Source of the DNA: Myxococcota bacterium
GTDB taxonomy: Bacteria; Myxococcota_A; SURF-8
Length of the DNA stretch: 64,000 nt
Direction of reading: 5' to 3'
NCBI GenBank assembly: GCA_965140415.1
Contig: OZ223209.1
Span: 1,152,001-1,216,000 of the forward strand
How positions within the stretch are numbered: position 1 is the stretch's first letter; each line of letters begins with the position of its first letter. This document shows positions 46,016-55,900 of the stretch, piece by piece. Below the pieces are notes generated by a model, which was not told the origin of the DNA, did no database searches, and saw only the letters and a list, made by a program, of their open reading frames with translations. The position numbers were made by a program, and so were the translations under genes.

Positions 46016-48928
46016 ATGCTAACCACTTTTAAGTATTTCATGAAGGCCTTGATGATATTATTCATCATGAACGGCTGTAGCGGCCCCGAGATTCCCTTGG
46101 GCGAAGGCGACACCGACACGACATCAGGTGAAGAGCCGACCAGTGAAACCTCGGGAACATTTCTTCTTACATCGACTCTTGGAAACCTTCCCGAGGGTTT
46201 TACCGGGAACGGGACAGTTACGGCGTTCGATGAAGAAGGCATCGCCAGTCAATATGCGTGTCAGGTCGAAAATCGCGACAACGATTCCGGCAAGACCGTG
46301 TTTTCCTGCGGTCCATACAAGATCGAAGCGATACCACACCGCTTTATTTTGGAGGTCTTCGACGCCACCACACAACAGCTTTTCTGCCAGGCGAAAAGCG
46401 ATTTCGTTTCCATCGCTGCCGGTACGATTACTCCTGTGGATCTGGGACTCTGTGTGGGGGTAGAAATCGAGGGCGAGGACGGAGTAGGCGACGCCTACGT
46501 TGTCTTGTATTCCGAATACGAACCGATCTACCTCAGAACGCCGCCACTGAACACGGTCGTCAAAGAACTGACCCGTGAGTTCAGTGTGAGCACTCCCCTA
46601 CAGGAAGGCATCGAAACCTATCACTTCATCCTGGATCGACTTTCCATTCCCGGCATTGGTGAGGAAGTCGAAATCGAAACGTTGGGAAGCTGTGAAACAA
46701 CAGAGCCGACCTGTACGTTCTCAGACATCCCCTCCAAGAGCGTTTTCAATATTACTGGCTTTGTCAGCGCCCTTGGCGTTGATGGTCCAAGCATGACCGT
46801 TATGTTGGACACCAACGACTGGAGAGAAGACCCTGTCGACGGTGATGTCACTGACGGTGATGTCGTTGACGGTGATGTCACTGACGGTGATGTTATTGAC
46901 GGTGATGTTACTGACGGTGATGTCGTTGATGGTGATGTCGTTGATGGTGATGTCACTGATGGTGATGTCACTGATGGTGATGAAGAACTACCCACCGGAG
47001 GTTCAACCATCAACTTCATCGGCGCAATCGACAAACCTTTTGAAAATACATATGCCACACGATATTTTGCTCAAGAAACTGATCGTGGCGTACATTTAGG
47101 CCAGGATCTCCGTGCAGCAGTAGGAACCCAGGTTAGAGCCGGATGTACCGGCCCCGTCTCGTTTAGTAGCGATACGGTATCCGGTTACGGTTCCACTAGT
47201 GGTGCAGACGGAAGCGTCACCTTACAGAACTGCACCGACATCGACATAGCTGCGACGATGAATTACGGGCACTGCACATCAACTGGGATTGCGGAGGTTG
47301 GTGACGTTATACAACGTGGCGATGTTATTTGTGAAGTCGCAGAATTCTATGGGCCTGATGGTGTGACATCATGGGCTCATCTACATGAGGCTTGCCGCAT
47401 CGGACACTACGGAGTTGACCCGGGCAACTACCTGATCGGTTATGCCAACGGTGCAGAGCAGCCGATCTCCAATGGCGGAAGCTGGGTTGACCCGGCTACG
47501 CTCGATCCGGAGAACCTCGATCCCTGTGTGGGTCTCGACGACGGCACCTACTGTGGTGACAACGGCTTGTACAACTACGCGGGTGATGCCGAGGATCTGG
47601 TTGAATGTAAAGAGGGTGTCATTGTGGATTTGACGGCCTGTACCCATGGTTGCGTTCGTAACGAGCAGGGTTACAACGACACCTGCAACCAGGGTTCCTC
47701 TGAAACCTGCGATGGCGTGGACAACGACTTCGACGGTCTGGTTGATGAGGATTACGGCATTGGCACCGCTTGCCAGGGCAAAGGCGAGTGCGGCACCGGC
47801 ACGATGGAATGTGACGGTCCCTATGCGTCCCGTTGCTCCACCGATATCGGTGGTAGCGAGTATGCTGGTAGCAATGACGTTTGCAACAACCTCGACGACG
47901 ATTGCGACGGCAATACCGACGAGGATTACAGCATCGGCTCCAGCTGCCTGGGTAAAGGCGAGTGCGGCTGGGGTGTGTTCGAGTGCAACGGGATCTATGC
48001 CAATCGTTGCTCGACCGATGCGGGCGGCAGTGAGTACGATGGGTCGACGGAAGTCTGCGACGGTCTGGATAACGACTGCGACGGCTCCGTGGACGAGGGC
48101 TATAGCATCGGTTCCAGCTGCAACGGAGTCGGGGCTTGCGGCTATGGCGAATACGAGTGTAACGGCCTGTACGGCACGCGTTGCTCGACCGATGCGGGCG
48201 GGAGCGAGTACGACGGCTCGACCGAGCTCTGCAACAACCTCGACGACGATTGCGATGGCAGCACCGACGAGGGCTATAGCATCGGTTCCAGCTGCAACGG
48301 AGTCGGGGCTTGCGGCTACGGTGAGTACGAGTGTAACGGCCTGTACAACAAACGCTGTTCCACCGACATAGGAGGCAGCGATTATGACGGCACGACGGAA
48401 GTCTGCGACGGTCTGGACAACGACTGCGACGGCTCCGTGGACGAGGGCAGCTCGCTTTGCGGCACCGATCAGATCTGCCAGGCCGGTTCCTGCGTCGATT
48501 CTTACTACATCACTGCGGATTACGAAGACGACTACTCCCCCTCCGGCGTTTGTGACACGGCTGTCAGCCGTGCCCTTTACCGGATGCAAGTCATCTATAT
48601 CGATGGCAATTTTGTTACCCTACGAGTGAAGAAATGCACCGATACGGCCCAGAGCTCGGGACGCATTTACTGGATCGTGACAGGCGAGCACATCTATCCT
48701 CAGGAGTCACTGATCAACGCGTATGTGCCTCGGGTTTCCGGAACCTGGAGCAGCACGATCACCAAGACGATCTACAATGTTCCGGTGTGGCCGGATGTAG
48801 CCAGTCTTCGTGAAGCTGCCTGCGGAGAAACGAAGCGCTTGTTCGTTATCACCGATGGCTCCGACACGGTAGGGGAGCGGATTTGGTACCAGTACCGCAG
48901 CGTGCAATTCACCAAGGTTTGCCGATAA
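46016..48928 (+). CDS. Large lipoprotein with DGD repeats, an M23 peptidase domain and Cys/Asp-rich (MopE-like) repeats
   Basis: Lipobox MNGC. M23 motifs HLGQD, YGH and HLH. ExCDGxDNDCDGxVDEG repeats. AAGGA RBS before ATG 46016. Confidence 0.82.
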   Translation: MLTTFKYFMKALMILFIMNGCSGPEIPLGEGDTDTTSGEEPTSETSGTFLLTSTLGNLPEGFTGNGTVTAFDEEGIASQYACQVENRDNDSGKTVFSCGPYKIEAIPHRFILEVFDATTQQLFCQAKSDFVSIAAGTITPVDLGLCVGVEIEGEDGVGDAYVVLYSEYEPIYLRTPPLNTVVKELTREFSVSTPLQEGIETYHFILDRLSIPGIGEEVEIETLGSCETTEPTCTFSDIPSKSVFNITGFVSALGVDGPSMTVMLDTNDWREDPVDGDVTDGDVVDGDVTDGDVIDGDVTDGDVVDGDVVDGDVTDGDVTDGDEELPTGGSTINFIGAIDKPFENTYATRYFAQETDRGVHLGQDLRAAVGTQVRAGCTGPVSFSSDTVSGYGSTSGADGSVTLQNCTDIDIAATMNYGHCTSTGIAEVGDVIQRGDVICEVAEFYGPDGVTSWAHLHEACRIGHYGVDPGNYLIGYANGAEQPISNGGSWVDPATLDPENLDPCVGLDDGTYCGDNGLYNYAGDAEDLVECKEGVIVDLTACTHGCVRNEQGYNDTCNQGSSETCDGVDNDFDGLVDEDYGIGTACQGKGECGTGTMECDGPYASRCSTDIGGSEYAGSNDVCNNLDDDCDGNTDEDYSIGSSCLGKGECGWGVFECNGIYANRCSTDAGGSEYDGSTEVCDGLDNDCDGSVDEGYSIGSSCNGVGACGYGEYECNGLYGTRCSTDAGGSEYDGSTELCNNLDDDCDGSTDEGYSIGSSCNGVGACGYGEYECNGLYNKRCSTDIGGSDYDGTTEVCDGLDNDCDGSVDEGSSLCGTDQICQAGSCVDSYYITADYEDDYSPSGVCDTAVSRALYRMQVIYIDGNFVTLRVKKCTDTAQSSGRIYWIVTGEHIYPQESLINAYVPRVSGTWSSTITKTIYNVPVWPDVASLREAACGETKRLFVITDGSDTVGERIWYQYRSVQFTKVCR
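46838..46981 (+). repeat. 15-nt coding tandem repeat, (DGDV[T/V/I]) x9 plus a final DGD
   Basis: GAYGGTGATGTYRYT units read directly from the sequence. Confidence 0.95.
47702..48448 (+). repeat. 174-nt (58-aa) coding repeats, four full copies and one partial
   Basis: Example: GAGGGCTATAGCATCGGTTCCAGCTGCAACGG at 48095 and 48269. Confidence 0.9.
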
Positions 48929-48972
48929 GCCAGAAGTCATTGAAAAGTAACGGCTATTGGTGACAGTAGCAT

Positions 48973-49001
48973 AAAAAAGGCGGGAGTTGCTCCCGCCTTT
49001 T
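48973..49001. terminator. Bidirectional rho-independent terminator
   Basis: AAAAAA-GGCGGGAG-TTG-CTCCCGCC-TTTT, about 45 nt after the stop of the M23 gene. Confidence 0.85.
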
Positions 49002-49677
49002 CCTTATGGAGCAGACTGGTTAACATCTCGCTGAAAGCAAGAGAATTTCATCTGATCAAGAGGTCGACAGGTTGCTCAGGCAATAAAATACTGAGTCGTA
49101 GGGTTGCTACGGTGGGAGAAAGAGGAAGACGAAAAGGCACTGGGAGCAGGGTTATTCTTTTTTTTCTTCTTCTTTCAGCCACTTAACTTGGGGGCTGAAA
49201 ATATTGCGGGATCTGAACAGAGAAAGACCTTTCCGCGGTTTCAAGCGGGGGGCGTCGTCCTCAAGGTAGTCGAAGCGATCTTGCGGAGCCCACATACCGT
49301 GCTCCACGCCAGCGCCGACTTGTTCGTAACTAACCACCCAACTTTCAGGACGCTTCATTTTCAAGCGCATTCTTTGTACCGTACTGTCTTACGTGCCCGT
49401 AGACAGCCCTTCCTTGGTGGTTCGACAATCAGCGGATTTTCTCTTCCGCCTTTTTGCCATTCTACCACTCCCGTTAAAAAAAATCAAATAAATAGAAGCT
49501 AACGAAGCCTTTCTCCTGGTGTCTTCCCCTGATGAAGATTTTTCGGTTTTACCCCGTTTCGGCGCTTCTGATTTACTACTGCATAGAACCGATGAATATC
49601 AGTTTCGGAGTTTTCAACTCCGTTTAAATTCTTAGTGAATTTTTGCCAGATTGAACAGGTGTTGTCAACAAAAAAAT

Positions 49678-52326
49678 TCAAAGTTCGTTTCCTACGTCCA
49701 AGGAGGTGGAAGGGAAAGGAGGCTTGGAAGTCGATGTTTTTTCGTAGTTTTTTTCAAGCTCCCATTTTATTATCCCCTTGGCCCGTCTGCGCGAAAGGAA
49801 ATAATGGCACTCATATTTGTGATCGGCATCGGGGGCTAAATCTTGAACGGGAATGTCAGTCGGGGCCGTTTTAAAAAGTTGCGAAAAACGCCGGGTGCGG
49901 GCCTGAGCGGTGCGCTTTCCAAGCTCGCGGACAAAAAGCTGGTGATCGTCCGCGAGGGCGACGAGATCCCTTGCGCACAACGGTGCGCCGTCGTTGTGCG
50001 CCAGCCAGGCCGAGAAAAAAAGCTTGAAATCTGGGGACGTGACGGGAGAAGACGCAAGAAAACCGGAGATGCCATGCATGGCCAAGAGCCCGTCGAGCGC
50101 GTGCGCCCAAGTTTCGAAAGTGGAAAGGTGGGCCTTTCCTCTGGGCTGACCTGCAAGAAACCAGGCGCGGACCAATAACAGCGCAGCACGCAGGCCCTCC
50201 AAACGGTGACGGCGCAAAAATTGCAGCAGATCCGCATGGCGAAAGCTCGCGGGGTCTTGTCTTCTTCGGCGTTGAAGGCGAACACGTACGAGGCGACGGG
50301 CCAGCTCGGGCGTCGTACTAAGATGATTGGCCGTCAGACACCAGGAGCTGCGATTCGTAAGCTTGATTATTTCGGAGTGGCCCAGGCGGCGGGAACACCA
50401 CTCGGTGGAAGAAATCACGCTGGCCAGCGAGGGAGAATCAAGCAGGAAGGACAGGTTGTCGAAACAGATGAAGTCCGCCGAATCACACAACAAAGCTGTG
50501 ATCTGTTTGCGGCGCTCGCTTTCATCCTTGTCCAGCACGGTCATCGTCGGGCCATGACCCAATAAAATCGTGCCGATCGCCTGCACCAATAGGGTTTTAC
50601 CAACGCCGGGCTGTGGAGCTTCGATACTGAACAGCGGGGTTGGGGCGTGGAGCGCATCGAGCAAAAAAGGTTGCAGTAGCAGCGCGAACGCATGAGCCCG
50701 GTCACTTGCGGAGACGAAGGGGAAATCATGAAACAGATGTTCATCGAACCACTGCACGGCGCGGCGGCACTCTTCCGGAGATGGATTCTCGGGGATAGCG
50801 GGCAGTTCCTCATCGAGCGAGACGTACAAGCGGCTGTCGGCGTAGTAACCGGAACGCGCCAGCAGACGACCTTCCGAATCGAAACAGGGACGGCGGCGGA
50901 CTCCAAGAAGTTCCGGCCATTTCGGATCGGGATTTACACAGAGATCTCGGGCCAATTCGCGATTCGGGCGGGATGGGCGCCGGTTTGGATTTTCACCGCG
51001 CACCCAATCCGCCGCCCGAACCAGCAGTCCGAAGGACAAAGCCTCCGTCAGGGGTTTCAGTCGGCCTCCTTCTTGCTCGGAATCGAGCAGGAGGGATTGG
51101 CCATCCAACCTGAACAGGCGCGGCGGAGAACCATAGGCTTTTCGTAGCGCACGATGCGTGTCCAATAGGACATCGCGAAACTGGCGCCCGTCTACTCGGA
51201 TTTCAGGGTGCTTTTCATCCTTTTCAAGATCCATTGGCGGTGGGCAACCGGCCAGGTTGCCCACACGTTGCACGGCGTCTTTAAAATCCTGCGCCTGCCC
51301 GGTGCGTTGCATGAACGAAAAGACGGAAACCGTTTCGCCGGAACGAAACGAATGAAACGAGCCGCGTTCGGCGGGACCGCTACCATCCGCGACGCTGGCG
51401 GAAGGACGACGATCGCCGCTGGGACTGGCCGGGTCTCGGCATTCCAGCCAGCCGCCGGAGCTGGCTCTTCCGGTCAGCCACGGGCCATACACATCTTCCA
51501 ATGGGAGGCGGTCGAGGGCGTTTTGCCGCCAGTCCGGGAAAGAGTCGTACAGGGCTTGCAAATCGAAAGCGGGGGAGGGCAGCTCCGGCGAGGAAATGAC
51601 AGGCGGTTCTAGTTCCTCTTTCACCTCGGTTGTTTGGTTTAGCCGATCGGGAGGGTTGGGGCGGAAGTCGGCGGGTGAAACCGGCCTGAAGCCCTGCTCG
51701 GTAGGGCAGAAAAACCGGCAGGCGCCGGGCTGCGCACCCTGCCAACCCGGCAGCCAAACGAAATTTCCCAGTCCCTGTCGCGTTGTCAGCGCAGCCTGTT
51801 TGGGAAAAATTTCCACCCGGCGGCGCGTTGCCTCATCCAGCTTTGAGAGCAGCTTCTTAGCGAGACGGCGCAATCGATGCGCCTCTACAGGCTCGCTAAA
51901 GAGCAACCACACATGCCAGCCATGGCCCGAAGCGGAGCGCTCCGCCAGGGGAAATAGATGCAAGGTTTCCGTCGCGGCAAAAACCTGTTTCATCGTCGCG
52001 TCGGGATCGGGCAGGGCATCGGCGTGATCCGGTCCCCCATCGAAGTCCAGGCAAAGCCAGCGACTTCTACCCAGCGCGTCCGGTGCATAGCTGCCCAGCC
52101 GAAAGCGACCGAAGAGACGGCGGGTTTTCCCGTGCAGGGTGCAACCGGCCAGCGGCGCCTGCGGGCCGAGCAGATGCGCCGTGAGCAAGGCGTCCAGATC
52201 GTCGGGCCGAACCGGGTGTGGGCGGCCCCACGGCATGGCGGCGGCCACGATATCCGTGCGATTGAAAAAGAAATCTTTCAACAACGTCAGCCAGTCGATC
52301 ACAGCAGCAGGGGTCAAGTCGGTCAC
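49678..52326 (-). CDS. Second AEP (TOTE-like) primase fused to a P-loop helicase-like domain
   Basis: FFNRTD, WLCLDFDG, ERSASGHGWHVW and VEIFPKQ motifs, then APQPGVGKT (Walker A), ICFDN and LTAN. GGAGG RBS before the GTG start. Confidence 0.8.
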   Translation of the reverse strand: MTDLTPAAVIDWLTLLKDFFFNRTDIVAAAMPWGRPHPVRPDDLDALLTAHLLGPQAPLAGCTLHGKTRRLFGRFRLGSYAPDALGRSRWLCLDFDGGPDHADALPDPDATMKQVFAATETLHLFPLAERSASGHGWHVWLLFSEPVEAHRLRRLAKKLLSKLDEATRRRVEIFPKQAALTTRQGLGNFVWLPGWQGAQPGACRFFCPTEQGFRPVSPADFRPNPPDRLNQTTEVKEELEPPVISSPELPSPAFDLQALYDSFPDWRQNALDRLPLEDVYGPWLTGRASSGGWLECRDPASPSGDRRPSASVADGSGPAERGSFHSFRSGETVSVFSFMQRTGQAQDFKDAVQRVGNLAGCPPPMDLEKDEKHPEIRVDGRQFRDVLLDTHRALRKAYGSPPRLFRLDGQSLLLDSEQEGGRLKPLTEALSFGLLVRAADWVRGENPNRRPSRPNRELARDLCVNPDPKWPELLGVRRRPCFDSEGRLLARSGYYADSRLYVSLDEELPAIPENPSPEECRRAVQWFDEHLFHDFPFVSASDRAHAFALLLQPFLLDALHAPTPLFSIEAPQPGVGKTLLVQAIGTILLGHGPTMTVLDKDESERRKQITALLCDSADFICFDNLSFLLDSPSLASVISSTEWCSRRLGHSEIIKLTNRSSWCLTANHLSTTPELARRLVRVRLQRRRRQDPASFRHADLLQFLRRHRLEGLRAALLLVRAWFLAGQPRGKAHLSTFETWAHALDGLLAMHGISGFLASSPVTSPDFKLFFSAWLAHNDGAPLCARDLVALADDHQLFVRELGKRTAQARTRRFSQLFKTAPTDIPVQDLAPDADHKYECHYFLSRRRAKGIIKWELEKNYEKTSTSKPPFPSTSLDVGNEL

Positions 52327-52931
52327 GGGAAATCCTCCTAAATGCTTCAGGGCGGAAATCGCCCGAAAAAAACATCGGAGGAAAACGTTTTTTCAAAGGG
52401 ACGATTTTTTTATACCAAGAAATCCGGGGGGGCTGCAAGAGACGTAGAGCAGCAAAAAGCAGCGCAGCGGAGCATGAGGGTTGGCACAGCAGCGGCAGGC
52501 AGCGGGAAGGACAACAGGGACGGCAACAAGCGACCCGAGAGGCTGGAAGGATGTAAAAAAAGAAAGTGCGGATAGTATTCTTATAGTATTTTTTTCTCCC
52601 GGAAAATTGCGCGAAGGGAAGAAAAAAAACGTTGTTTTCGTCAAAACCAACCTAAGCTAATGAAATAAAAAAAGATATTAGGGGTGTAATAAAAAAAAGT
52701 GTTCCCGCCTTTCTCCCTTCATACCCCCTGAAAATCGTTTCGGAAGTAAAACTGGTTTTGAGTTAAAAACTTTTACATGATGTAAGGAATGTGAAAATTT
52801 ATTGCTCCATTTTTTTCATTCATTAGTTTGACTTTTAGAAGGTCTTGATTAGAATGGCCAGTCATGGTTTAAGTACAACCAAATCCCTCATTACCAAAAA
52901 TTCGTGGCGGACAACAGTAGAGGTATGCTTT

Positions 52932-55900
52932 ATGGCTCCAAGCAATGATCTCAATCGATGTAGGCTTAAAGATTACGGTCTGATGATGTCGTTTCATGCC
53001 ACACCGCCGGATCGAATCTTTAGCATTTTCGACGAACTCAAAGATCATTACGCCCGCTTTCGCGATCCCTTGTTTCTGACCTGTAAAGAATATGAGGAAA
53101 AGAGCAAGCGCCCGAGAACGAAGGATTTCAAAGAGAAGAAACGGGAGTTTGAAAAGTTTTTCTATCATCCGTTTTTCGCGTTTCTGTTCGGTCCCTTCGA
53201 CGCCATGAGCATGGCGCTGGTGGATCATTATGAGCTATCGATGTTTCTGCATCCTCCTTCTTCCTCTTCCCTCCAGGTCGCCTTTCACGCCGTTCCGCAG
53301 AATTTTCCTTCGAAGAGTCAGATAAAGGTGTTTTCAGAACAATGTCCTGCTCTTGCAGGTTTCGACCCGCGACTTCGGGAAAAGCACATCACAGAAACCG
53401 TAAAAAGCGTGTTCGTTTCGCCGCTGTCCATGTTCGGCAACGAGTTGTTCCCGACACAGGATTTTACGGAGCATTTGATCTCGAAATTACAGGCTCATGG
53501 GTTATTGAAAAAGGAACTTCCTGGGTTACCGGAGAAATATCCTCTCAATAAGCAAGTTCATTACATGCTGCATACCGTTTTTAAGCCCATACCCTACCCG
53601 GAATTGAGTAAACCCAAGCCCCCTTCCGATTCGCAATTAGGGAAGCTTTTCGACTTGATGCAGAGCGCCGATTTTATTGAGCCTGGTAGTTCTCTTGCGC
53701 TTTATAAAGATGTTGTCACTGCGGTCTATGTCAAATCCATTGACGATCTGAAAAACGAAAAACGCAACGAGCCGATCCACCGGCAGCGCAAACGCCTTGC
53801 CAACGAAATGCCGCTGATCGCCATTGTCAAGATCAAACTCAACGCCGTGCTGCTGCTTACCTTTGGGGCCTCGCTGGTACGTCGAATCAACCGGGCCATG
53901 CGTGCGTTGTTGCATACTTACCGCGACGAGGACGATGGGAGCCTCAGGTACAACCCTTTGGAATGCGATCTTAAAGTAAAAGTCACGGCGCTGGAGCCCA
54001 TGGGCTGGAGCGAGCTGAGCTTATGCTTAATATCAAATAATTACGAGGACTTGGCCGCGGCCATCCTTCGCATCCGCGAGGCAAAGCTCTCTGATTTGAT
54101 CATCGAACCCGATCCCGAAGCAACTGGGAAGGAAGCAGAAAACGAAAGCATCCTGAAACAGGCGGCCTATCAGTTAAAAGAACCCTGGTTCCCAACGGAT
54201 CTCAGCAGTTTCCCACTGTTGCGGCTCTTCCACGGCGACCGCAACAAGGCAGAAATCTTGTTTTCGACCTTCCTGCTTGAAGCTCTTGCCAACCCCGCCT
54301 TTGCCGATTTGGCTTCCGGTGGCTTCCGGCATGAATATCCCCATGTTTATGCGCGCCGCACCACGTCGGATGAGCCCTTGTATCAGGACGCACCGCTCGG
54401 CTTGTATTTTCGGGAGCTGTGCCATCTTTTCGGTGTACCCGATAAAGATGGAAAACATGATAATCCCAACTTGAGGGGCGAAATTGAAAGCGCCATAAAG
54501 GACTATCTGGCCCAGTCGAAAACCAATCCACCCAAGTCGCTGCTGAGTTTTTTGCGCCCGGTGTTTGAACGACCTACTATGGATGATCCACCTTCCCCCC
54601 ATGATTGGGAGGACAACGAGAAAAAAAATTTAGAACGAGAACAACGGAATTACCTGGGGCGCTGTTATCACGCGGTGCTCTCCCGCATCCTGGCGCACTT
54701 CGACGAATTGCCTCCCTTTCTTGCAAACGAGACCTGGAAACAGCATCTGGCTGGATACGATAAGACCGTCGAGGATATCATCAAAGAGATGCACCTGGCG
54801 GTGGATAGCAACGCGAAAGACATCAACCTGATCAGCATTACGCATTCCTTCTTCGGCGTGGGCCGTACATTTATGGAAACCTTGCGAGATTTCTGTTTTC
54901 AGCGTGGCGACTTCGAAGATTTGAATAGTAAGGACGAAGCGAAACGCGCGCAGGCGGAGCAAGCGAAAACGGAACTGCTTGCCTCGTTGGATAATATCAA
55001 CGGGTTTGTGCTGCCTTCGATCGGGTTCAATGCCCGCCCGGGTAAACTGAATGCTCTTTATAATAAACTAAATGAGTTGGCTTATGATCTGATCAATATT
55101 AATGCGGCCACCGATGAAAACTCCTCCTTTAACGATAAACCCCACTTGCGCCGATTGCTCAATGACCTGAAAAACCAGCCCATTCCAGTTCCGGAAGACT
55201 TTGGTGAGGGGAAGTACATTCTGGTTGAACCGGGCAAAACGGATATGAATTTGCAGTTTTCGTGGTTTAAGGAAAGCTCCAAAGACTGGATCTTCAATCC
55301 TCGTGCTCCAATTCCGACAAGGCTTTTCCTCTTGCTATTGATGGCGTCAATGACGACGCTAGCAAAACAGGAAGACAGCGAGGCCTCGCCCGCCTCCGTT
55401 CCCAAGAATTACCGCGCCTTCGCGTTGGAAATCTATCGGCAGCGCAGCTCGCTGGGGGTGTTGGTTGAGACCAAAAAAACCCCGGTCACGTTCATGGACC
55501 CAAAAAAACGGGCAGACGAGACGAAAAACGTGATGAACCCCAATTTTCAGTTATTGGAGCTTTTGCGACTGGGCGAGTTGTACGATCTGTATTTAAAAAG
55601 CAACATCCGCAAACTGGGAATTCCAAAGCATTTAAAAAACGAGTTGCGCCTGATGTTGGGCGTCTACGATTCGATCATTACCGATCCGATTCAGTTCGAC
55701 GCCATTTTGGAGCTTGGCCCCTCTTTGGTGCGTTCGCTAAAATACATTCAGGAATGTATGGATACGAAAACGCCCGGGAAGAAGATCCTACTCGAATCCA
55801 AAAAGCAGGAAAAGCTTATTGAAGATATCGAATTCAGCTTGAGACGTTTGCGCGACGGCTTTTCCAATCGCTATAGCAGTTCCTTCGCTCTAACGGAACT

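Noticed and set aside
46838-48448. Possible CRISPR array
   Set aside because: The repeats are in-frame coding repeats (15 and 174 nt) with no unique spacers, and there are no cas genes.
47381-48589. 402-aa minus-strand ORF
   Set aside because: Antisense shadow of the Cys/Asp repeats.
49152-49460. Small minus-strand ORF(s) downstream of the second primase
   Set aside because: An RBS and ATG near 49460 are followed by an in-frame stop, and there is no recognisable domain. It may be a pseudogene, but I cannot support that.
52482-52497. Possible sigma54 promoter TGGCAC-AGCAG-CGGCA upstream of the HExxH gene
   Set aside because: GG-N10-GC spacing holds, but the TTGC element is missing and it lies in a low-complexity GCA-rich tract about 430 nt from the start.
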